Virus record (IMG/VR): IMGVR_UViG_3300032086_003797
Span: 110,626 to 174,625 of that record
Source: a virus
Length of the DNA: 64,000 nt
Direction: 5' to 3' (one strand)
In this document: one piece after another, positions 56,235 through 63,159 of the stretch
How the letters are laid out: every line of letters begins with the position of its first letter
How positions within the stretch are numbered: the stretch's first letter is position 1
Translations under genes and position numbers: made by a program
Notes under the pieces: model-generated
Seen by the model: the letters and a program-made list of their open reading frames with translations, nothing else
What the model was told of the DNA's origin: nothing
The model's database searches: none

Positions 56235-56768
56235 ATGAAGCTTCTTATGGAACAGTGGCGACAGTTTATAAATGAGGGCTCAAAGTTCAAGCTCAAGGGT
56301 GACTCGGAATACTTTCGCATTGACCTTCAAGGTATTGGTTATGCCCAAGGGATGCAGCACCTAAGATTTAAAGAATGTCAGTCAGATGTTGACGCTCTTA
56401 TGGAGACACCAGAATTTATAAAAGCCAAAGAAAAATACGAAGCCAACAATACCACAAAAGATATGGCACAAGACGAAGACGGCAATTATTTTATGAAAGA
56501 AGTGCCAGCTAAGTTCAGACCAAGATTTTATGATATAGAAAACGCATGGATCACAAACCCAGAACAAAGAGGTAAAGGGTACGGCAAAGAATTGTATAAA
56601 GCATTTATCGCCCAAGCAGCAGAATACGCCAAGTCTTATGGCGGTGTATTTGTTGGGGCTCACCACTGCACCATAGGCTCAGGAACCTCGGACGATGCCA
56701 AGAGAGTATGGAAATCAATAACGAGGGACTATACATCATCAGGTGATGTGGTATTTATAGGACTATGA
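56235..56768 (+). CDS. Leader-family protein with GNAT-like acetyltransferase payload
   Basis: MKLLMEQWRQFINE; PEQRGKGYGKELY (GNAT motif A), SDDAKRVW. Confidence 0.65.
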   Translation: MKLLMEQWRQFINEGSKFKLKGDSEYFRIDLQGIGYAQGMQHLRFKECQSDVDALMETPEFIKAKEKYEANNTTKDMAQDEDGNYFMKEVPAKFRPRFYDIENAWITNPEQRGKGYGKELYKAFIAQAAEYAKSYGGVFVGAHHCTIGSGTSDDAKRVWKSITRDYTSSGDVVFIGL

Positions 56769-57388
56769 AAGAACTATTAACAGAGTGGCGGAAGTATTTA
56801 TTGTCCGAAGGGATGAAGACTATAAAAGATCTCCCTGAAGGATCAAGCATACTTGTTAGCATTGGACAAGATATTCAATTGGCTTATAAGCACGAGGGTC
56901 AAACACTCTACCATGCAAACGCTGGTGATCCTCCTCCACCTGACGATGCCCCTTGGGGGTCCATGACTTCAATAAAACTAAAGAAGCCTTGCCTAGACGG
57001 CTATCAGGTCGTGCAGGCATCCGCCAGAAAAGGTTGGGGTCCACTTTTATATGACATAATGTTAGAACTGACAAGCGAACTTGGCGGCGGGCTTACTGCC
57101 GACCGAGGCAGCGTTTCTAGAGATGCCTATCAAGTATGGGATTATTATATGCGGAAACGAAAAGATGTAGAGGCTAAACAGCTAGACATTACCAATCGTG
57201 ATTTTGAGAAGGTTACCCCTGACGATGAATCCGATGACTGCGAACAATCATCTTCAATTAGGTGGGCTAGAGCCAACAACCTTGATAAGGAGTACGGCTG
57301 GTCATCTCAGCCCACAGCTTATTTATACAGCAAGGGTTCAACTCCAACATTGGACGCTTTGCGTGCGGCAGGTAAATTAGAAGAATGA
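56765..57388 (+). CDS. Leader-family protein with divergent GNAT-like payload
   Basis: MKELLTEWRKYLLSE; ARKGWGPLLYD..GLTADRGSVSRDAYQVW. Confidence 0.55.
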   Translation: MKELLTEWRKYLLSEGMKTIKDLPEGSSILVSIGQDIQLAYKHEGQTLYHANAGDPPPPDDAPWGSMTSIKLKKPCLDGYQVVQASARKGWGPLLYDIMLELTSELGGGLTADRGSVSRDAYQVWDYYMRKRKDVEAKQLDITNRDFEKVTPDDESDDCEQSSSIRWARANNLDKEYGWSSQPTAYLYSKGSTPTLDALRAAGKLEE

Positions 57389-57918
57389 AAAAACTACTAA
57401 CAGAGTGGCGGAAGTATCTGAAGGAATCAAAGTTCCTACCAGATACTTTGTATCATGGCACCACTGAGGTGTTTGATAAATTCGACGACAGCAAGGTAGG
57501 TAGAAGAGATAGTGGTAACTTAGGTAGAGGCATATACCTATCGATCGATAGTGACATGGCTATGAGTTACGCAGAGGAAAATGCCAAGCGATTTGGAGGA
57601 GACCCAGTTGTCCTAGAAGTAGAACACAGCCTAGAGAATGTAGCCAACTTCAATGAGCATATAGACGACTTGAAACAACTAGGTGTAAACTTCCCACCAA
57701 AAGCAAATGACCCTGAACGCTCGGCAGCATTAACAAAATACTTTACAGAGAAAGGCTTTGATGGTGCCCACTCGGGTCACGAAATAGTCGTCTTTGATGT
57801 TAGCAAACTAAATATAAAAGGCGTCGGTGATATTCCTTCAACCAAAGAGGCTTGGAAGATCAAGGCAAGAGCTAAAGCTGACAAGCTTGGAATACCATAT
57901 GAGGATTTAGGATTATGA
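57385..57918 (+). CDS. Leader-family protein with ADP-ribosyltransferase-like payload
   Basis: MKKLLTEWRKYLKES; LYHGT, LGRGIYLS..A.SYA, GFDG..EIVVFD (H-Y-E type ART pattern). Confidence 0.7.
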   Translation: MKKLLTEWRKYLKESKFLPDTLYHGTTEVFDKFDDSKVGRRDSGNLGRGIYLSIDSDMAMSYAEENAKRFGGDPVVLEVEHSLENVANFNEHIDDLKQLGVNFPPKANDPERSAALTKYFTEKGFDGAHSGHEIVVFDVSKLNIKGVGDIPSTKEAWKIKARAKADKLGIPYEDLGL

Positions 57919-58304
57919 AAAAACTATTAAACGAATGGCGACAGTTTCTCAAAGAGTCACAAGTGTTTGACGAAGAAGAAATGGTTAACGCACTAAACAA
58001 AAACGGTAGAGATATGTATGGATTAATTGATGATCTTAACGATCTAGGGTACGATGCTAAGGAAAGCCCTGCTCTGATACAAAAATATACTAGGGACGGA
58101 GACAGAAATTATAAACAACCAAAGGTGAAAGAGTTTATAGCAGACCACCCAGAGGGTGTCTATATAATAGTGCATCAGCCATTAATGGGCATAGGCACTA
58201 TTAACCTTCTGATAAATGGTGATCAAATATCTGGAGATCAAAAGCTAATAGGAGGAAGGGCTATAGCTGGTCCTGTCGGTGTTGTAAAGGGCAAAGAAGA
58301 ATAA
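57915..58304 (+). CDS. Leader-family protein, unknown payload
   Basis: MKKLLNEWRQFLKES. Confidence 0.65.
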   Translation: MKKLLNEWRQFLKESQVFDEEEMVNALNKNGRDMYGLIDDLNDLGYDAKESPALIQKYTRDGDRNYKQPKVKEFIADHPEGVYIIVHQPLMGIGTINLLINGDQISGDQKLIGGRAIAGPVGVVKGKEE

Positions 58305-58305
58305 A

Positions 58306-58971
58306 ATGAAAAAGCTAATGACAGAGTGGAGAGAGTTTTTGAAGGAGGGTCTTGATCCTCGTATACAGAAGCAATTGAATGCTTTGTTGGAGCGTGAGAA
58401 TCTCGGCATTGTATTGAGTGTATTTGCAGGCGGCGACGGTGCTGAAGTAAGATATGTAAAAATAGAAGATTACGAAAACGAACAGTTTTCTGATTTGAAA
58501 GAAGGCGCTGCGGTTTACGGCGGCGTAGAAATCAGCAGAGCCCTTGAGGATGAGCAAGGACCGTGTTTCGATGGACACCTTGTCATAGGATCAAGAGCGG
58601 AAAGAGGTTGGGGTCCATTGTTATATGAGGTTGCTCTAGAGTGGGCTTCGCAGAACGGTGGCGGTCTTATGCCCGATAGGTTTTCGGTATCCGATTATGC
58701 TTTAGCGGTCTGGTCTAAATACGAAAAACGATCAGATGTAAAACCAAGTCAAATGGATGTTGCCCATGGTCTAGATGGGATCTCTTCAAGAACGCTTGAT
58801 TATTTCCCGCAACTAACCCCAGACAAAAAAGAAGACGATTGTGACCAGACCGTGCCTATTGGCAGAAGAAGCACTGACTGGCCTAAAAGTCCCCTATCTA
58901 AGATATATTCTAAAAGTTCTGCTGATACTATCAAAGCACTACAAAAAGCCAAAAGGTTAATTGTAGTATGA
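58306..58971 (+). CDS. Leader-family protein, paralog of 56765..57388 (GNAT-like)
   Basis: MKKLMTEWREFLKEG; PC.DG, A.RGWGPLLYE..GGGL..DR.SVS..A..VW, TPD...DDC.Q. Confidence 0.6.
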   Translation: MKKLMTEWREFLKEGLDPRIQKQLNALLERENLGIVLSVFAGGDGAEVRYVKIEDYENEQFSDLKEGAAVYGGVEISRALEDEQGPCFDGHLVIGSRAERGWGPLLYEVALEWASQNGGGLMPDRFSVSDYALAVWSKYEKRSDVKPSQMDVAHGLDGISSRTLDYFPQLTPDKKEDDCDQTVPIGRRSTDWPKSPLSKIYSKSSADTIKALQKAKRLIVV

Positions 58972-59216
58972 AAAAGCTTCTAACAGAGTGGCGGAAGTTT
59001 CTAAACGAGATTAAGCTTGACATTAAAGTTGGTGATGTTCTCTTGGGCGGCAAGTTCAAAAACAAGCGAGTGATTGTAAAGAGTATTGGAAAAGATGCAT
59101 TAGGGCAGCCAACAATCAACGGTCAATCTCTCCTTAAGTTTAGGATTGAAAAGAATCTACCAGATAGCAAGAAAAGCAAAAAGACTTTAGAAGCTGGGAA
59201 TAAAGATGAATCATAA
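58968..59216 (+). CDS. Leader-family protein with small KOW/SH3-like payload
   Basis: MKKLLTEWRKFLNE; IKVGDVLLGGKFKNKRVIVKSIG. Confidence 0.6.
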   Translation: MKKLLTEWRKFLNEIKLDIKVGDVLLGGKFKNKRVIVKSIGKDALGQPTINGQSLLKFRIEKNLPDSKKSKKTLEAGNKDES

Positions 59217-59592
59217 ACTCATAATGGAAAACTGGCGAGGTTACCTCAACGAGGAAACATACCTCAACGAGGAGCTTCTTGATGAGGGGTTGAGAGATTG
59301 GCTAAAAGCTAAGTCTACATCGGCGATTGAATCAATCAAGTCTAGCTTGGCAAAAGTTGGGCAGGAGATAAAAGAGTCTGGCGAAGCGGGCAAGCTTATA
59401 CTAAAAGCAGCCAAAGGCACGGCGTTATCTGAGGAAGAGAAATCATTTTTAAAAAGACAACTACGAGACATAGGAGTGGGAGCAGTTTTGCTAGCACTCT
59501 TTATACCCCCAGGTGGCGCACTTGCAATTGGCGCACTTGTAAAATTAGGCAAATATTTTAATATTGATATCTTGCCTAGTGCATTTATGTAA
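59206..59592 (+). CDS. Leader-family protein with LETM1-like hydrophobic payload
   Basis: KLIMENWRGYLNEE; LSEEEK.FLKRQLRD..LLALFIPPGG. Confidence 0.5.
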   Translation: MNHKLIMENWRGYLNEETYLNEELLDEGLRDWLKAKSTSAIESIKSSLAKVGQEIKESGEAGKLILKAAKGTALSEEEKSFLKRQLRDIGVGAVLLALFIPPGGALAIGALVKLGKYFNIDILPSAFM

Positions 59593-59607
59593 CATAAAAA
59601 ATTAGAG

Positions 59608-59616
59608 ACTATTTAC
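59608..59616 (+). promoter_or_regulatory. Candidate late-promoter motif ACTAYTTA
   Basis: ACTATTTAC in intergenic gap before GAGG RBS and ATG 59632. Confidence 0.4.
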
Positions 59617-59631
59617 TGTGAGGTGTTTAAC

Positions 59632-60699
59632 ATGAAAAAATTTAAAGTACGAATAATCAAAGAAGATAAAGAAGCTTATGGCGGCGATATTGGACGACAT
59701 GGTGGCTCTGGCAGAGTCAGGATGGCACAGTCCCTTAAGAAGGGGGATACAGTTCAATTTCAAGTTGCTGACTATAAAACGAATACTCGTAAATATTACA
59801 AAGGTATTCTGATGATGCTAAAAGGTGAAAAGGGTTACACTCGTGTTGTTTCAGACCGAGCCCAAGTTAAAGTAACTCATGAAGCAGAGCAAACTTATAG
59901 ATCTAGCCACGATCAGCAAGGTAGCATATCTGATTTTGTTCCCGTACCAGAGCCATATATTACTGAGATTTCTGCTGATGAGCTTGTTGCTGTCAACGAA
60001 GGTATGAATGAAGACAGGTACTCGCAAGAAATAGATATAGAGGGTAAAGCCAGAGAATTGGCTGGTCTCCCAGAGGAAGCCATCAATGATATTGCTGCCA
60101 TGGCTAAACAAATGAAAGATAAAGAATCAGGCGCTGGCAACCGTCAAGATAATCTAGAAGAAGCAAGATTCTCCGAGTACGGCAAGATCGACGCTGAGAT
60201 GGGTAACCCGCCTTCAAAGATTGGGCAGGGCGACGAAGAGTACATGAAGGCGTACAATGCCGTCCTTATAGCGAAAGGCGAGGAGCCCCTACCTATCGTG
60301 AAGCCTGACCAGAAATACCTTGACGCACTTCAAGGTGGTAAATTGTCTAACGATTATACGGCTCGCAACCGTAAAGATGAAGGATATCGAGGCTCAGAGG
60401 AAGAGAAAAAAGCAATGAGCAAAATGTCCAACAAAGAGTTATACAAATATATTACTCGTGACAGGCACACTGTACCAAATCTAAAAGGTGACATGGGACC
60501 ACTCCCAGGACTTGAAGGACCATTCCAATTTGAAGATGGGCAGGTACTATATTACGATCCAAAGGCTGGTAAATACTACGATCGTGGTAAAGACATGTTT
60601 GTTGAGAACCCACCAGGGAACCGTAAAGATGTAGAAGAATCTCATTGTGGTGGTAAGAGCCCTGGTAACCGTCGCATCAAGGTCCGAAGAAAGAAATAG
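59632..60699 (+). CDS. Multi-module hypothetical protein with repeated xNRxD linkers
   Basis: GNRQD, RNRKD, GNRKD, GNRR repeats; GLEGPF..GQVLYYDPKAGKYYD module. Confidence 0.6.
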   Translation: MKKFKVRIIKEDKEAYGGDIGRHGGSGRVRMAQSLKKGDTVQFQVADYKTNTRKYYKGILMMLKGEKGYTRVVSDRAQVKVTHEAEQTYRSSHDQQGSISDFVPVPEPYITEISADELVAVNEGMNEDRYSQEIDIEGKARELAGLPEEAINDIAAMAKQMKDKESGAGNRQDNLEEARFSEYGKIDAEMGNPPSKIGQGDEEYMKAYNAVLIAKGEEPLPIVKPDQKYLDALQGGKLSNDYTARNRKDEGYRGSEEEKKAMSKMSNKELYKYITRDRHTVPNLKGDMGPLPGLEGPFQFEDGQVLYYDPKAGKYYDRGKDMFVENPPGNRKDVEESHCGGKSPGNRRIKVRRKK

Positions 60700-60715
60700 A
60701 TTTCTGAGATAACCA

Positions 60716-61210
60716 ATGCCCTGGAAAGTACGCAGAAGAGATTGCAAACAAGCAAGCGGAAAGCCTGGCAAATATATAGTTGTTAAGGTAAAGCGTGGTG
60801 GCAAAGAAGAAAAAGAATCTTGCCATATAAACAAAGATAAAGCGCAGGCCGCTACTAGAGCACGGTATGCGAATGAATCCCTGCAAGAATCAGATCCAAA
60901 AAAAGGCTCAGGTAAAAAACCAAAAGGTTCAGGTCGTAGGCTGTACACAGATGAAGACCCAAGTGACACAGTGTCAGTCAAGTTTAGAACCGTGCAGGAT
61001 ATAAAGGATACTTTATCTAAATCGTCTTTCAAATCTAAATCACACAAGCGCCAGTCACAGATAATCAATTTGATACACCAGAGAGCTAGAGCAGCGTACC
61101 AAAACGCAAAAGACCCAGAAGTAAAAGCTCGCCTCAAAAAAGCATATGACTATGCCGCAGAACGCAAAGAAGCGTCAAAGAAAAAAACACAACAAAAAAA
61201 TAAAAAGTAA
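60716..61210 (+). CDS. Basic two-module hypothetical protein
   Basis: MPWKV..C..CH..A; LQE linker; DPKKGSGKKPKGSGRRLYTDE module. Confidence 0.6.
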   Translation: MPWKVRRRDCKQASGKPGKYIVVKVKRGGKEEKESCHINKDKAQAATRARYANESLQESDPKKGSGKKPKGSGRRLYTDEDPSDTVSVKFRTVQDIKDTLSKSSFKSKSHKRQSQIINLIHQRARAAYQNAKDPEVKARLKKAYDYAAERKEASKKKTQQKNKK

Positions 61211-61216
61211 ATTACC

Positions 61217-61244
61217 TTGACAACGGCATAGCCTGTGGTATTAT
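61217..61244 (+). promoter_or_regulatory. Sigma70-type promoter (TTGACA-N16-TATTAT with extended TG)
   Basis: TTGACA 61217-61222, TGG-TATTAT 61236-61244; GGGAGG RBS before ATG 61267. Confidence 0.7.
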
Positions 61245-61266
61245 AATTATGTAGGGAGGTGTCCCC

Positions 61267-61872
61267 ATGAGATACCAAGTGTTTAGTGATATGGACGGTG
61301 TGCTTGTCAATTTTGAAGGCGGCGTTCTAGAATATATGAACAAACGTTTTCAGGAATTGAAAGACCAACCTGATCATCCTGATTACAAACTTGCCCGTTC
61401 GGCAGCCAAAGAGCTTGGCGGCTGGGACGTGGTAATCAACAAGTGGCACATTGCCCGCTCTGATCAAGAGAAGAGCCTGCCTCGGAACTATCGTGTTCGA
61501 GACATGATGTACCGAATGGTTGAGGATAATGTTGACCTCTGGGCTAACCTTGGCTGGGAGCGTGGCGGCAAAGAACTGTGGGATTATATCAAAGACATCC
61601 CAGGGTTGGAGATTTTGTCTGCCCCAATGGCAGAAGGTTCCAAGGTTGGTAAGCGGATGTGGGTTGAGCGGGAACTGGGTGTTCCGCTGGAAAAAGTCAA
61701 TCTTTCTGACAGCAAGAAGCCCTACGGAGTTTGGAACGGAAAACAAGGACTTCTCATTGACGACCGTGATAAGTACGTCAACGAGTTCCGTGAGGGCGGC
61801 GGCATCGCCATTAAACATGATCCAGATAATGTGTATAATACGATTCGGCAACTCAAAGAACTTGGACTGTAG
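61267..61872 (+). CDS. 5'(3')-deoxyribonucleotidase-like HAD protein
   Basis: DMDGVLVNF, ILSAP, GK..W, LLIDD, GG.AI.H. Confidence 0.8.
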   Translation: MRYQVFSDMDGVLVNFEGGVLEYMNKRFQELKDQPDHPDYKLARSAAKELGGWDVVINKWHIARSDQEKSLPRNYRVRDMMYRMVEDNVDLWANLGWERGGKELWDYIKDIPGLEILSAPMAEGSKVGKRMWVERELGVPLEKVNLSDSKKPYGVWNGKQGLLIDDRDKYVNEFREGGGIAIKHDPDNVYNTIRQLKELGL

Positions 61873-62814
61873 TTGAAAGATGTAACGGCAGTAAAGAAAA
61901 AGAGAATACTAGATCAGGTCCTTGGAGGTTCAATCCGACAGGGATCTGAACTTTTATATCCATGTGTTTGTTGTGGTCATCACAAGCCAAAGCTATCCGT
62001 AAACATTCTCAAGGAAGCTTTTAAGTGTTGGGTCTGCGACTACAAGGGTAAATCTCTGCGCCGCCTCGTTCGCCGCTATGGCGACTTTAATCACGTTTAT
62101 CAATGGCGTGAGTTTGAAGAAGACCCAATAGATTCAGACCTGAAGGATCTATTCGTATCTGTTCAAGAGGTAGAGCAGGTCATCGAACTACCAGAGGAAT
62201 TTACATCTTTGGCTCGCCCGCCAAGACCAACAGATAATAGGGCACGAAAATATCTTAGATCTAGAAATGTGTCCAAGCAGGATATACTTATGTGGCGACT
62301 GGGGTATTGCCCAACAGGACAATATGCTAATAGAATTATTATACCCAGCTTTTCATCCAGAGGAGAATGTAATTATTTTGTAGCCAGATCTTGGGATAAG
62401 AAGTGCTGGCCTCCATATTTGAACGGACCAGGCAGCAAAGATATAATATTTAATGATCTACTAGTTGATTGGGATAAAGAAGTAATATTGGTAGAGGGTG
62501 TGTTTGATGCCATCGCTTATGGCGAGAACGCCATTCCTCTATTAGGGTCCACTCTGCGTGATGATAGTAAACTGTTCCATAAAATTATTTCTAACGACAC
62601 ACCTGTTCTTATGGCTTTAGATGATGATGCTAGAGACAAGAGTTTGAAAATAATTAAGTCTCTCTTGACTTATGACGTAGAAGTTCGCCTGATGGATACT
62701 TCAGGATATAAAGATGTTGCTGAAATGCCTAAAGCTGTGCTTTTAAATCGAGCAGCGACAGCACCGTTTATGAATCCAACAAACTACTTAATGCTGAAGG
62801 CTTCTGGTCTATAG
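61873..62814 (+). CDS. DNA primase (zinc finger + TOPRIM)
   Basis: CVCCGHHKPKL..FKCWVC; RIIIP; LVEGVFDA; ALDDDA; KD. Confidence 0.85.
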   Translation: MKDVTAVKKKRILDQVLGGSIRQGSELLYPCVCCGHHKPKLSVNILKEAFKCWVCDYKGKSLRRLVRRYGDFNHVYQWREFEEDPIDSDLKDLFVSVQEVEQVIELPEEFTSLARPPRPTDNRARKYLRSRNVSKQDILMWRLGYCPTGQYANRIIIPSFSSRGECNYFVARSWDKKCWPPYLNGPGSKDIIFNDLLVDWDKEVILVEGVFDAIAYGENAIPLLGSTLRDDSKLFHKIISNDTPVLMALDDDARDKSLKIIKSLLTYDVEVRLMDTSGYKDVAEMPKAVLLNRAATAPFMNPTNYLMLKASGL

Positions 62815-62823
62815 GAGGATGAA

Positions 62824-63090
62824 ATGAAATTCACCGAATCTGAACTACGAGAAATTATTAAAGAAGAGCTTATGAGCGAGCGATCTGGCGTCACGGGTGC
62901 CGAGATCAAGCAAGCGAGACTGATTATTAAAAAACACCTAAAGCAGATGTTTGACGAAATAGGCAGAGACAAGCTGCCCGAAAAATTCTCAACAGAAATA
63001 CTTATCCAGCCAATTTTAGACAAGTGGTCCCAAGGTCGCCGTGGTCCTGTGAAAGCCTATAATCCGTTGACACGGAAAATGACTAGCTAG
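62824..63090 (+). CDS. Leader-family protein (MKFTESELREIIKEE)
   Basis: AGGAGG RBS; type-B leader; ACTACTTA motif at 62783. Confidence 0.65.
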   Translation: MKFTESELREIIKEELMSERSGVTGAEIKQARLIIKKHLKQMFDEIGRDKLPEKFSTEILIQPILDKWSQGRRGPVKAYNPLTRKMTS

Positions 63091-63159
63091 TCTATAAAAC
63101 CCTAAACACCTCTAAAAATACCTGATAGAATAAAACACAGTTACAGAAGGAGTGCGCCT

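Noticed and set aside
55600-59000. 33-nt repeats as a CRISPR array
   Set aside because: Spacing is hundreds of nt and irregular, the repeats are in-frame coding starts, and no cas genes are present
63067-63131. Promoter upstream of the SbcD-like gene (TTGACA at 63067; TGATAGAAT at 63123)
   Set aside because: TTGACA has no well-spaced -10, and the extended -10 has only a weak -35 (TAAACA); too ambiguous to call
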